Shown piece by piece: positions 23,088-36,803 of a DNA stretch of 64,000 bases. Origin of the DNA: Penicillus capitatus (taxonomy: Eukaryota > Plantae > Chlorophyta); assembly GCA_965649825.1 (NCBI GenBank), contig OZ287706.1:248001-312000 (forward strand). The letters run 5' to 3'. Made by a program: the position numbers and the translations under genes. The notes under the pieces are model-generated. The model saw only the letters and a list, made by a program, of their open reading frames with translations. It was not told the DNA's origin and did not search any database. The first letter of the stretch is position 1. Every line of letters starts with the position of its first letter.

Positions 23088-26000
23088 ATGGTCGAGGGGA
23101 CAGAAGACAGGAAACGTTTTTTATCTACCAGTGATGTTTCTTTCGAAATTTGCCCAGAACGGCGATATCCTGACGACCGTGTTCAGCCAGCCGAAAAAGC
23201 TTCTAGGCGGGCAATGCTACACTCCAGGGTGGCTTCGCCAGGAGATCGGACGATTCGTGAAATTCAACGAAACGATGGAGTGTGTCCTTAACATAAAGCC
23301 ACATCGTCGGCGTACTTACCGTTTAATACGATGCGCATGAAACCGACGCGTTGACGTTCAATGGAAGACGAAGACCAGCAAGCCATTGGCCTATTCGCAT
23401 TGGAGAAGTGCGAATCTCCAGTCATCGACGATTCTACATACATTGCCGTCACTCCTACTACTACCTTCGAAAGCAATGATGCCGAGATCATAACTTCCAC
23501 CAGATGTGCAACGACTGAGATACAACGGGACGTCGTCGCAGTCGAGGAAGCATCCGTCGAGCAATCTGAAGACGGTCCGCAATGCGACACGCCACAAGAC
23601 AAGGGCAGAGAACAGATGGAAGAGGGTACCACAGAGATGCATGACAAAGGCAGGCCACTCACCGTCTCCCAAACGGTGCATCTTTGCAATCTATGTGCAG
23701 TGCTCTACCTCGAATACAAGCACGAGGACGATGGAGACGAGATGCGTGTTGCCGCTGAGATAGAACAGGCGGAAACGCAAGGTAGATGTCACCATTTTCT
23801 GACCAACTGAAAAAAGTTGGCGCCAATCGCGTTTAGCTACGACATCCAAAGCACCGAAAAATCGGACATTAGAAAGAGAGGGAGCTTTGAAGAAAAGGCC
23901 TTCGGCGGCGGCGGTCGTTTCTTCGGAAATTTTGATCGATGTGGACGACAACTTCGACGATCAAAGCCGTTCGAGTGAAATCGAAGTCGCGAGAGTGGTG
24001 TCCAGTTTGCAAGTCGACGTTCCTCGACAGAAAGGACCTTTTCTCGTCGACGACGGATCTTCGCGAACAGTTTCTACCGCCAACAGCACACCCGTAGCAA
24101 CAAGTCTCGCTCATCTGTCTGTCTTGTCAGCAAACTTCACAGCCTTGCCAGGAAGAACACAAAATTTGCAGCATGACGAAGAGGACATCGACGACGATGA
24201 CAGTTCTCGGTTTCCTGCGTGGCTGTCACTGCGTGGCAGAGCAACGCGAGACGACGACAGTATAGCGCCATCTACAGTATGCCCATCCGCAACGGGAGAC
24301 GCCCTCTCAAGTGGTCGTCGGCCTTTCTCTAATAGGATGCCACGACATATCGACGTGCTATCGAACGCGTGCGCGTGATTCAGGAAGAAGAAGATCAGCA
24401 GCTCTTCACAAAAAAGAACCTCTACGCAACACTCTTCCTCAAACTCAAGAGATGGAGAAGATCTTTTCAGTTTTCCATATGGTCCACACGCATTCAGGTC
24501 CGTTTTGCGCCGATCTCTCGCTTTCCTTTGTCGAGAGGAGTGCTTTTGAGGCTGTGGAAGGAAAGCACGGGTCTAATGTCGGGCTCACACTGTACTTCCT
24601 GCGCTGGACGGTTCTCCTCAACCTTTTCATTAGCCTTCTCTGGATAGCCTTCACCGTTGTCCCTTTCGTCGTCTATCCACCCGACACCTTTTCGTGGGAT
24701 CTCTTCACCGAGAGCAGCACCGCGGATATCATTAGCGTCTGTCAACGATCTCGTCTTTCCCGTGAGTGCACGTGTTTCTGGATAGGGGAACGTTTTGGGG
24801 TATACATGGTTTCTCTATGGCGGATATCAGTACCCAGTGAATGCCACCTACGGTGGAGTCTACGAGCCTGGCATTGCATTTCCCTTGGCCTCCTGCTTGA
24901 TGCTGTTCGGCAGTTTGATCTCCCTCCTTATGGTGATCGGCAAACGTATTTCTGGAGAAGGCAATTCCAGCGTCATCGAGCAGAATCAAACCTATCCCTT
25001 CTCTTCCGTCGTCTTTGCCAGCTGGGATTTCCACATCAAAGAAGCCGAGGCCGTTCGAAATCTGAAAAACGCACTGCGATCTCAGATACGTGAGATGCTC
25101 CACGATGCCGAATGGAACCAAAAGACGACGACATTCCAAGAGCAGCTATTGACCGGTACGTCGTGTGCACACAGATTCCGATGACCGGCGGCGCGTTTCA
25201 GGAACGACGAAACTCATTGGAACGCTGGTACTGTGGCCACTCATCGTGTGCTTTACTGCTGCTGCAATGTTCTATACCATCGACAAAGGAGATGTGATCA
25301 ACCGTTTCTTCAGCTTCTCTTTTGCCCAGTCGATCACGATCACCTGCGTCTCGCTTGCCGGACAGGTTTCGGTGAGATCGACTGTTAAGTATGAAGGATG
25401 GCATCCTCGTGTGGCACAGCAAGTCGATAGCAACGACGCCACGGCAAAGGTGACAGTGCATTCGATTAGGTCGAAGCGATGAAGCTCTTCTCCGTCAAGT
25501 TGATCAGCTTGGCCGTTATTCTCTACAAGCTCTATGACATCCAAGAGCGGGCGACGGCGGCGACGGAGCGACTGGAGGAAAGTGGGCCCAGTGGAATGAA
25601 CACGTGTGATGGTGACAATGCTGACGCATGCGGAGTCGGCTTACGCTGTTGCGACGACGTCTGTGCCCATCGTCTCAGTGCCTCTTACCTGGTACGACCA
25701 CTACCAAACACCGCTCGCTGCTCAAACCTCCCTTCCCTAAAGGGGCGTTGCGTACCCATATGCGAGGAGAATGAGATGGGGATGATTTTCTACCGACTCG
25801 TTATGACGAACGGTTTTATTCTTCTGATCCAAGAGGTTTTACAGGCACTCGTTGTGAGCAAGTGCTTCGAGAATCCTCCGAGCTTGGATGCTGCAAAGTT
25901 CTTCGTAGACATTATTGACACTCAAGTGTGGCCGCCGCCCTCCGAGCGAAGCGCAATGTGGTGTCCTGTTTTAGGCGCTTGTCTGGCTTGGGAGCATCGT

Positions 26001-26662
26001 TGCTCCTTTGCTACCTCTCTTCGGTATCATCTCGAATATCGCCAACTTCTTTGTGAAGACCTGGTTGGCATTGTACATTTACGATCCTCCTGTCACCACC
26101 TGCAGTGCCGCCCGCAATTCCAACATGCAATACAACCTCATGCTCTGTTAGGCTGACCCACCAGAAATGCTGTCTTATGTTATGTGTGCCTATGTAGTGA
26201 CTTTACTGTTCAGTACGTTGCCGGTGACGTCATTCTTCTACGAAGATCGTGACATGTGTGGGCCGAATGCGGATCAATCGATGGCAGATGCACTTTCCAG
26301 ACGAATGCACCGAGTGCCTTCATTCATCAAGACCTTAATTCGCTGGCTGACGAATCCGCTCATCCTCGGAGGTCTTCTATTCGTGGCCGTCTTCTTTTTT
26401 CTCCTCGAACGTGTGCACAAGCGCAAGTACCGGAGAGAAGCCACTGAAAGCAAGACAGAGTTCGCTCATTACAGGTAGAGACATCCCCCTAGATCAGCCG
26501 GCCTCTGATATGAAATGGAACTACTGTGCCAGACGTGACATGCGACTAAAAATGCAAGAGACGCGCAGCAGAACCGCATCATCACATTGTATGGGGACGT
26601 GGCGGTACGCTGACTCGCAAACAGTACTCGAGAACGAGAACTCGTTATCAGAATCGGTATAA
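23088..26662 (+). CDS. TMC: Transmembrane channel-like (TMC) protein with a long acidic N-terminus (ends approximate)
   Basis: AFEAVEGKHGSNVGLTLYFLRWTVLLNLF, FSSVVFASWDFHI, CEENEMGMIFYRLVMT, multiple TM segments across many short exons. Confidence 0.85.
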
Positions 26663-26885
26663 ACTGCTTAACATATCAAGTCTCGAGTCTCGAGGCTTCC
26701 ATGTACAAGTTTGCCGAAAAAGGCAAATGAGAATAGAGAGAAAGCAAGGTTCAAATGAAATAGAGCTCGTTGCCAGACCATCGTTAGCGACAGTCATCAA
26801 AACTGAGACACATGTAGTTGCCTAGCTTTAAGAATCGCAGAACGGCGACTGTCTTGCTGGTTCGAGTTCCGCAAAAAGGTTGCAT

Positions 26886-27307
26886 TTAGAATCCATAAGC
26901 ATTGACCATATAATCCTTGAACCAATCCACCTGAGACCTGTCGGTGCAGAAATCGTCATCGCAGATATTCGTTTCGTCCTCCGCTGCGAGAATTTCGTCC
27001 GCAACCGTGATGCATTGATAAACACTCTCTTCGTCCAACTGCGACATCCACGCCTCGCTTTCGAAGGTAAAGCAACGGTCACACATACCTTGTCAAAGTT
27101 AATGAAGCAATAGTTGAACTGCTTCGCTTGTGTCGTGTTGATGCTGCAAACGGAGGAGGTTTCAGAAGTCGACAGCTTCGGCGAGCGTTTCTTAACAGGA
27201 GAGCCGCGTGGAGGGCTTAACGTACAACGCACTGTCAATGGGCGTCTCACGCGAACAGAACCGTTCGTCGTGCGAGACACGACACTCTTTATGCACACAG
27301 CGTTCAT
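26886..27307 (-). CDS. Small hypothetical protein with plastid-transit-like N-terminus
   Basis: MNAVCIKSVVSRTTNGSVRVRRPLTVRC then GTATGT donor and an acidic exon AWMSQLDEESVYQCITVADEILAAEDE...YMVNAYGF*; acceptor site uncertain. Confidence 0.45.
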
Positions 27308-27445
27308 TCTTTCTTCTGGAATCAATTGCGGCGAAAAACAAACACGGAGAACTGCCAGCGGAATAAAAATTAAACCAGGAAGCTAGCCAACACAGCGTCT
27401 CTCTAGCGTCATGCTGATGATAAGACACGTCGTCTCACGGTCACG

Positions 27446-29220
27446 TCACCACGATGAGAAATCACCGAAGCTCCCTCCCTGGATATTTTTGGAGGGTGCT
27501 GGCTTTGGGGGAACGACTGCTTTGTGGCGTTTCCTCAGGTACCGTCCAACACCCAAATGTGTTTCTGTTGCTTCTTCTCGCTCCTTGGAGTGAAATCCAG
27601 GGTCACTGAACCACGATCCCTTTGGATCCTCCTCAGGGAGCTTCGTCGCAGCTTCCTTCTCCTCCATCATCATCTCTCGATACGGATTGCAGAAAACAGA
27701 GACACGCTGAATTCGGATGTCTTCTACTGGCCGATCTTCATCATCCGTCTGGACAGCTTCCATGGCAGACAGCGTTTCTGTACCGCCCACGAGCTTCCCG
27801 AACACGGTGTGTTTCTGATCGAGATGCGATGCAGCTTTGAACAGAATGAAGAACTGACTGCCATTCGTATGCTGTCCTGAATTGGCCATACTCAACACAC
27901 CTCGCGTCGAATGTGTCAACCGACTGTCCAGTTCATCTCTGAAAGTCGGTCCGTAAATCGATTCGCCTCCTTTACCCGTTCCCGTTGGATCGCCTCCCTG
28001 GATCATGAAGTCGCGTATGCTGCGATGAAAGAGCGTGTCATCGAAATAGCCCATCTCGCACAGTCCAATGAAATTCTCACACGTTCTTGGCACGAGATCA
28101 CAGTGCAGCTCCACGTTAAGATGCCCAAGCGTCGTGTGCAGTCTGACGTATCCTTTCTTCTTGGGGCATCGATCGACGCGCACCAGTTTTCGTGGATTCT
28201 TCGTCACCGGTGCCATCACCGTCGATGTTAGACCACTCGCCATAGCACCCGTCGATTCCAAACCCGGTCTGTACTCCACATGGGGTGCATAAGCTTCCGA
28301 AGGCGCATCTTTACTGCCGTTAGGATCGAACACCTCTTTCTTCTTGTCGCAATCTCGCTGCCGTTTCTTCCGGAGATTATCTTTACCGTGCAGATGATCC
28401 TGTGTGTCCCATGTCGATGCACCCGGTTTGAACATCATCTTTGGCTTTTCTGTCGCCTGTGATGCCAGTCTCTTCTGCATCTTGGCCTGAGCAAGCAGCT
28501 GTCGTGCCTGTTCTCTTTTGCCCCCACCTCCACCTTCGAATGCGTCCTTGGATTCTTTCGTTCCCAAACTTTTCAAAATGCGCTTCGTATCGCTGTCGAC
28601 ATTTCGAAAGCAGCCATCGTCCGCGTCTTCGCGAGGCACCTCCCAGCCCTTCGTCACGTGATCAAACTGAGACAGCACTCGGTTTTTGACACTCAACGGA
28701 TCCTGAAGATGAATGATGTCACTCTTCTGAAACGCATCATCGGTCAATAGCTCTTTCCAGTTCTTCGGTTTGATGTTTAGCTCCAATATCGCCTGAAACA
28801 GAAAGACGATCATCAGAAGCAGGATGGCAAACATACTTCATAGCAGTAGACATTCCCTGTCGTCTTGACCGCGGCGATGTGGGTGTGTTCAGTAAACACT
28901 TTGTTCATAACGGGGCAGTGATACTCTCCCTCTGCATTCTTGTGGAACGTCAGCTGCGTCAGGTCCTTCAGTTCGAGGGCCTCTCCATTCACTGGGTTCT
29001 TGTGATACTTGCGTATGTAGGGCACGGCGTTGACGATATCGAAGACACAGCCATCAGGTGAACAGACAGGGTCTTCGAATGGGGTAAACGAAATACCGCA
29101 GCAGTAGAAGGGAAGCTTGGAGAAAGGAAGCGAGCCCGTTTTGCGATGACCGCCCCACTCTTCGGCCCATTCCTTGGTCGTAATGTATAGACGGTCTTTG
29201 GAGTGCTGCTTTTTGCCCAT
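27446..29220 (-). CDS. PPIL2: U-box/RING cyclophilin PPIL2/CYP65
   Basis: MGKKQHSKDRLYITTKEW, LPFYCC, YHCPVMNKVF; cyclophilin domain LNVELHCDLVPRTCENF...FHRSIRDFMIQGGDPTGTG...SMANSGQHTNGSQFFI...LDQKHTVFG. Confidence 0.97.
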
Positions 29221-30949
29221 CGTGTCGTGAACGCAATAACGGGACGCGCACCGTTTAATCTGCCTTACGAAGGTCGCCCACTGCGGCGCTCGGCTCCCGT
29301 TGCCAAAGACGTGTAGCGAAGGAAAAGGCAAAGGCTAGTCGAATTTGGCCGATCGGTTTCCTGAAATGGTACTCTGCAAAAATAAGCGCTTTTGTCGTGT
29401 CGATTTCATCTCTAAGGCCACTTTGCGATATACGAATCTTTAAACCTGATTGCCTTCGTTCTTGATCCTATATATATTGGCATGTGCACGTTTCGCTGCA
29501 AGATATATCTCTTTGTGCGAACCTTCTACTTCGAGCAGTGGACCGCTTTTGTCAAAGGCATTTATTTATGAGCACTGTCATGGCTAATGCCCGTAGCATC
29601 GGTACATGGAAAGTATAGGCTAAGAGATATTTCACGATGGACCTGCACGCAGATTTTAACATTTCCCAGAAATCTTGTGCAGTGAATTAAGCCGATCGGC
29701 CAGTTTTAATGTATGTACTTCGTCGTTTATCTTGTTCGGATCTTCATCTAAACGGTAGAAAGACAGAGCTCCATTTGGATTGCGTTCTTAGAGTTACACA
29801 TCTGAGGAAACTGATTTGGTATGCATCGTAAAGCTAGCTTTTCAAGGGAGAATGCTTCGCAAAGCTTTTCAAAGAAAAGAAAGATTGGGTGATGTGGCGT
29901 GCTCGCCGGATCTACTATGGCGAAACTTAATGCTATACCGAGGTCTGGTGTCGTATGCTAGGTGATCTCTCCTCAGTATTGGTACTAGTATTCCCAAAAT
30001 TCACTACGACGATAGTCAAAACATCGTGAGTATGTGGATGGAGCCGTCTCACTTAATTTTTTTGTTCTGATGGTATTTCGAATGCGATAGACACCCTAGC
30101 AAACTTAAGAACATCAAGCTGCAAACCATGTTACAATACTTGCGAGTGAACAGACAGTTCGCTGCCGATTAGGATAAAAGAACTATGAGCGATCTGTGCT
30201 TCAATACATTTTTGCGAACTTTAAAACAATAAGTACTTTGAGTTACATGACTATTGTCTCAACGAGTCGTTCGTAAGAATTGATGGGAAGTGCCTTTTTA
30301 AGTTCGTTCAGTTTCGATTTGCAACTTCAGTTAAAGTTGGCAACGCGCATCTTGTTCTACGGACGTGGTACCCATACTGCCACTTCGACTCCGATTCTAA
30401 GTTCGCCTCAAGGGTGGAAACTTCGAATCAAAAATCCCGAATATCGACTTTGAGCTCTCCCTTCAATTCTTTTATCTATCGTCAAATCGTAGTAATCAAT
30501 CACTGCACCCGTTACTTATACGGTTCCTTTCTATATTATTATTTCTTAATACATCTTCCCTGAAAAGGCTCACCTTTCCACCGATAATGACGTCTACTCT
30601 TGTCAATAATATATGTTATCTCTATACTTCTGAACCAATGCTCATTCTGCAGCTTCGGCACTGTTAGACGAGTCCTATAATACTCCTGATTAATGTCTTT
30701 TCCTTAGTAGGGTTGTTTCCGTGCACAATTGACATGCACATTTATCAAAACTTCAAGAAACAGTCGAATAATTGATTGTAGAAGGCTATCAGTTTCTTCG
30801 ATGGAGAATATTAAGTTGGAGCAAGTTGCGAGAATGTTATCATGCCCAACGGATGTTTTTTCACCCTTACTCTGTATTCTGCGTCGGCATCGAATGTCGT
30901 CACTGGCTTCAAAACGAAACAACACGTCGATTCGTCTCCTATAACGTCC

Positions 30950-32400
30950 CGCACCATTTACCGAACTTCAAGATCTTTGTAGTGTATAAGTTGTCACTTA
31001 GTGCATGTAATTGCGATGATGCATAGATATCTTGTCATGCTCAACATTAACTAACTGTAGGCCGTTGTTCTCATGGGCATATTCACAATTGATCTGAGCT
31101 GAGAAAGACTATCGTGATTGTGTCAAATAATAACTAGATCCACTTCAATCATAGCTGTCAATAATTCAGGAGATCCGGAGACAACTCACGAGCATAAGCG
31201 TTCAAGTCATCGTAACTTTGATTGGATCAGGCACACTTGGATTTGCCAGTTGCAGCGCTCTTCGGGCGAAGCCTCGAAGGGTGACTGCATCTGATCTGCA
31301 AAGCGGGATCTGCTAAAGATTATGATGTGACAAACGTCTTGTCAGTTGATACTAGGATGTGACGTTACAACATGACAGTCGTTCCTAATGTGTGCGATTT
31401 GCCAAAACGACTCTTCTCCCTAACACAAAACTCTCTGAAATTGACGTTTGGCTTGACACCGAGCAACCGGATATTCTACTTGTTTCTGACCCTCCCTGGT
31501 TCCTTCGTAAAAACGGTTACTGTAGTGGATCTTTCTCCTGGATCAAAGCCATTTGCAATGATAAAGATTCGCTTTGTGGTATGTTTGTGAACCGTAACCT
31601 GCCTTTTCATCAAATTTCACTGTGTCATTCTAACAGAGTTTGTGCAATTGAACTTCTCGCTCCATGTGGTTCTATTATTATCATTTCGTTTTACCTCCAA
31701 CCAGGCTCTCTTGAAGGGCTTGCCCCCTGAAGGAAGCGGTTAACGAAGCTAAGACTAGGTGTCACAGAGTTTTCATAAGAGGCGATGGAAATGGTCACAC
31801 CCCTCTGTGGGGTCGCAAAGAAACAAATTCTGCCGGTATTGCTCTTGAAGATTTCATTATTTTCAATGACCTGAATACAATAAATAATCCTGCTGACTCT
31901 CATTCTTTTCGAGACAATAATGACAACGTGCATTGGATGGATCTCTCTCTTTGTTCTAGTGGCCTTGCTAACTATATCATGTCGTGGAACATTCTTAGTG
32001 ATCGCTATCCATGTAGTGATCATGAAATAATCAGAACCACTCTGCAGTTTGATTGTCCCGATCCTGAAATTAGGTTGTCGATTAATTGGAATCGTGTCAA
32101 CTGGCCTGCATTCAATGATTTGCTTTTTCCTCACCTGACTCACGGTGATTTTCCGGCGGAGAACACTACAATTTGTTTAGTTGATCAGGCCCCGAAACGA
32201 TTGTATTATGCGATTAACAATACAATGTCCTCTCTTGCCCTGCTCTATCTGCGGAAATTCAATTCTTGATCGGGAAGCCTCTCTTTCGTTGGAATCACAT
32301 TGAATGGTCCAGTGATATGGTCTTGGCCATGTCAGACTTCGCATCCTCGTTTGCGAATGGTTTGCTATCAATCCCGCCTTAACTCGGCTGAACGACTATT
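30950..32400 (+). mobile_element. Decayed non-LTR retrotransposon: APE endonuclease plus linker, possible gag zinc-knuckle remnant, no RT
   Basis: EQPDILLVSDPPW, CAIELL..IIIISFYLQP, FIRGDGNGHTPLWG..TNSAG..LEDFI, WMDLSL, SDHEII (AP-endonuclease motifs) with stops and frameshifts; embedded in an AT-rich tract at ~29350-32850. Confidence 0.85.
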
Positions 32401-33025
32401 GCTCCATCTTCTTTTCCCATGGCAAATACTTGTCAAGTGACGCCATGTAAAAATCCAAAATCTTCTTCTTCCCTGTCTCAAAAGCGAATGTCCGTTTCAG
32501 AGATTCACACTCAGAGAGAGCAGAAAAATAGAACAGGGAAACAGAACGCCAGCGAAGAGCCTGGGGGAATGAAATGCCGAACAGAATACTAACATAAAAG
32601 CAACTGGACAACTCCTCGATTCAACAGACGGCCAAAAGTTCCAGGAGGCTTGTACAGAATAGAATTGCCAATCCCTCGAGTAGATCCATATCCAGAAGAT
32701 CTTCCTGGAAGCAGAACAGATCTTAGGCATCAAATCCCACCGATGCAAGGGCCGTGTTCTGTTAGGAGATGAAACAGAGAAGATAAAGCAGACAGAGATC
32801 ATCTTTAGTATATTGTTTATTTTGTCTGACGCCTCGAGCCTATGCATGGCATTACTCTAACAAACAAGTTAAAAAGCCATGGACCCGACAACGATCGTCA
32901 GTACAGAGGTTTGTTTCGCTTCAACGTCACGTCCATCAACGGTGACGTTTTTGATCTAACAGCTTGGCATTGTTTCATCAAGCCGGTCGTTTGGTGTTCG
33001 GCGGCTGGGGTCCGCTGCCTTTGAT

Positions 33026-34365
33026 GGCGAATACGTATGAGCGTGCTGCCCGTCAAGAACTCCTGTCATCCGGTATAGCGGATTTAGATCGTCTCCTCGG
33101 CGGCGGCTATCAATTAGGAACAATCGTTCTGCTACTCCAGGCAAGACGTGAACATCAGTAAGACGATTCCGTGAGACCCTCGATTCAGTAGAAACAGAGC
33201 GAACGCTCACAGTTGCGTTTGATCCAGTACTTCCTCGCCGAAGGAGTTGCCAGCAAACAGGTCAGAGCAAAGATATGCCGCCGCCTACGACCGCTGACGC
33301 CCACTTTGTCCGTTAGTCGGTGTGTTGGTGGACGCCCTGTCCAAGGTTCACATCTCTGAATGAAGCTCTGCCAAAGATCGTATCCAAAGAGATGAGATCA
33401 GAGGTAAATCCGGCAACGCGTCTCGAGGTTATGATGACACCCATTCTGGTACCTCTTGTCTGAGAGAGTCCATACTCATCAATGAACGCACAACAGTTCT
33501 CTGAACCGCATCGTTTCATCCTGTATTGCATGTCGTGGCGTTGTTCAACAGGAGGCGGCGGCAACGGACACAGCTCAGGAACTGCGAATCGCATGGCAGT
33601 ATCGACGCTATCTCGATGCAGAAAAGCGATCTGACCGTGTCCTGTCCGACGAGACCTCCAGAGGGTCTCTGTCGAAACGACGCTGTCATGATTTCGACAT
33701 CTCAAAATCGATGGATGCGACCTCTCTTGCCAATTGCCCCCAAACGGTCCGATGGAGTACGTGGATCTCTGTTGGTCGACTGTCGTTCTAGGTCTATGAG
33801 GCAATAACTGGCGAGATGTGGGACGTGGACATTGTCAAACGTATCTTGTCTGTGTCCGAATCGCAGTCAGGTTCGATCGTTTAAGTTGTTCTTAGCCGAC
33901 TCTCCTTTTTCAGATGGACAGATTCGGAGAGCAGTTGTCGAAGATGGAGGCGGCGTGCAGTTGGAACCAGGCAACCGGCTGCTGCGATCCGCCTATCGAC
34001 TCAAAGCTGCCGTTCGCAGCAGGCGCTGTACCGTAATACTGTGCGTCAATATGAACTGGCATTCGGCGGCGACGGTTCAGCACCTGAAGCATCTCTGCGA
34101 CACCGTCGTGTCTCTCTCTTCCATAACCGATGCGTCAGATCTGGCGCAAATGGTGACAGAGCCCACATCGCTCGTTTCACTACTGAGAATTGAAAAGTTC
34201 CCTTCACTGGGAACCATGACGCCCGCTAACAAGACAGATGATCTCTTCGCCGTGCGAAGCGGACGTAAACGATGGACGATTCGTCCGATCGAAATCGATC
34301 CGGCCAAAGAGGCACAGATCGGGCACGTTGACAATCCACCCTGTCACGATACTGAGAGCTTTTGA
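33026..34365 (+). CDS. ELP4: Elongator complex subunit 4 (PAXNEB family); start uncertain
   Basis: LSSGIADLDRLLGGGYQLGTIVLL, LIQYFLAEG, IAWQY-like IAWRY, SLLRIEKFP..., WTIRPIEIDP. Confidence 0.85.
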
Positions 34366-34399
34366 TTCAGCGTCACTACAACAGCGTCAGATGTCCATA

Positions 34400-35056
34400 A
34401 TAATGCGCTGGAGATCGTCCTTCGCCTCGAGTAACGTCTGTTGACTTCAGTGCATACCTCTGCACAGCTGAACGGGTGAGTGTCGGAGGAGGTACCTAAG
34501 AAAGGCAATGATGAGTGTTCACAATCCTGCTTCTGAAGCACGGATGATGCACAACAAGACCAACAGACTGAGCCATCTCACCTGGCAACGCCCTATGACG
34601 CCTCCTTCCTTAGCCACTGAACACCATTTCTTCAGTTCCTTGACCGATTTACGAAACTCCGAGCGCGATATCCAACATGGCGAGGCCTCTGCGTCCAAAA
34701 ACCTAACGGAGAGGGCATGTCTCTGGATCTGTGAGCGTGCGTTTGTGGCTTGTGTACTTGAACCACGTGTCGATCTCTTCGGGCGAAGGCAGACGATTGA
34801 GTAGTGCTTTCAGGATATCGCCCAAGTGCGATCGCAGTGCCGCGTCTCCTCCATCGACCTGCGTACGTTATGCCTTCAATGCTTCATACGGGAAGCCTCT
34901 CGACAATACGTTGAGGATGTGCGCGACGTCCGGCGTCTTTTCCAGTTGATAGTCGTCAAAAGCGTCGTCGAATTGACGGTCGTCGATCGCGTCGAATTCC
35001 AATCGTATCCGCTCGCCGCCAGCGTCATCAAAGTAGGTCAATCCAAAGAACGCCAT
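34400..35056 (-). CDS. Hypothetical protein (multi-exon) starting 18 nt after the TrpRS stop; 3' end approximate
   Basis: MAFFGLTYFDDAGGERIRLEFDAIDDRQFDDAF...HILN|VDGGDAALRSHLGDILKALLNRLPSPEEIDTWF|FLDAEASPCWISRSEFRKSVKEL joined by GT-AG introns. Confidence 0.6.
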
Positions 35057-35074
35057 CACAAGGAGACCCGTCCG

Positions 35075-36755
35075 CTACAATAGATGCTGCATCGGTCTTG
35101 GCGTCATGAACGCATCGACGACATCATCCGTAATCTTGGCACGTTCTTCTTGATGATGTTGGATCATGGTGGTCAGCACTTTGATCAGCTCCGCCTTGAT
35201 CTCGCCGGTCAACATTCGACCAGAAGAATACTCGCGACCGATCTCATCCAAACGGGCATCGTCCTCGAGAAAGAAAGACAGATACTTGTACGAGACATCC
35301 ACGTCTAAATTGCCGCCCCTCTCGCGATGCTCTTCGATCGTGGTACCGCCTCCAGAGAAGGCATACTTGTTGACCTAACACATCGGCAGGCAGTCATGAC
35401 TGCAGGATGGAAGGAATGCCGTGAGACTTTGGTTTTGATCTGCTTGGGCGTGTCCCGGACAAAGATGGCGCTGGAATCGAGGCTGGCACTCATTTTTCCG
35501 CTCTCTCCTTGCAGCGCCGGAAAGAAACGCGACTCAATTAGTGCAGGCTTCTGAAATCCTAGCCTCGGTGCCACATCTCGTGTCATTCTGAAATACGGAT
35601 CCTAAAACCATCGCGCCTCTCAAAACGCGAAAAGCCATTCGGCGCAGAACTTGATCAATGGCGCAAGGAATGAGGCAGCGGATGTCCTTGCGATTGCCAA
35701 AGATATGTGGAAAAGAATTTGGAAACGAAGGCGCTGCCTGAACTGAAGGAAAGGCGATCTTACCGATATTGTCCTCTCCAGTGAATCCAAAGATGCCCTT
35801 TACTTGATTCAATGTCACACAACTGACACGCAGACGTCAGCGCTCCCCACAGAAGAGACAGCTTCGTACTTTTGAATGCGGACCATGTTTCGATAGAACT
35901 CGCCACCCACGTATGCAAAGTCACTGAAAATGAAGGTCCTCTCCGGATCGAATCCGCAGGCGATGATGTCTTTGGCATTCTGCAAAGATCAAGGATCTTG
36001 CGGGGGTAGGATTGAGAGGGATAGACGGACTTCTCTAGCCAGATGCTGTGCCCCAGCTACGGTCTCCACTTTTTTCCACAGATATTTCTCGTCGTCTGTC
36101 AGCTGAATGACCAACGGTACTTTGAAAGCGTCTTGCAGCCATTTTGTGAACATGAATGGGACGAGATGTCCCAAATGCAGCGCTTCGGAAGATGGACCCT
36201 TTGTGGGTGCACCTTGCGGGAGATCGGAAATCGGGTGATCTTACTCTCCCGGTGTAGAGGTAGAACGGAATGCCCTTTTCGTAGCAGTCGAGGATGGCAT
36301 TCAAATCGCGATGCGCAAAGAAGACCCCTCTCCGGAGAAACGGATGCGGTGGTACCTTCGTCAGGCGCTCCACCCTGCATGCCATCCATTGCGCAAAACG
36401 GGCTCCATACTCAGCGCTACGCGATACCTGGCAATGGTCTCCGGCAAGATCTTAGCGCAACCGAACTGGAAACAAAAGAGTGACCGTCAGTCTGGCCAAT
36501 GAGATCAAAGACGGGTCACACTTTCTCAATGAGCTTATCGTAGTCGATTTTGCCATCACTGCCGCCAGTGACCACCCATGGTGTGACCACCTGCAACGTC
36601 GGTTTGTTAACCAGTGACGGCATCCGATCTCCATTACCTGTTCGCCTTCCCTGTTTTCGTCTCCTCCAGCGTCCTTCGCTTAATTGCGTCATGCGTGTTA
36701 TAAGAGTACGTGAGCGTGTGACCTGTTGTGCAGCCTGTGCTTCGGGGTCGCTCAT
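35075..36755 (-). CDS. WARS: Cytosolic tryptophanyl-tRNA synthetase
   Basis: [89 protein letters not shown]. Confidence 0.97.
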
Positions 36756-36803
36756 TGTCGCAACACGGCGCGTTGGGTGACGGAGAAGACAAAAGCGAAG
36801 CGA

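Noticed and set aside
35057-36803. Spliced-leader trans-splicing resolving the tight gene runs
   Set aside because: The short intergenic gaps contain no internal AG acceptor before the downstream ATG, and no SL RNA-like gene was found.
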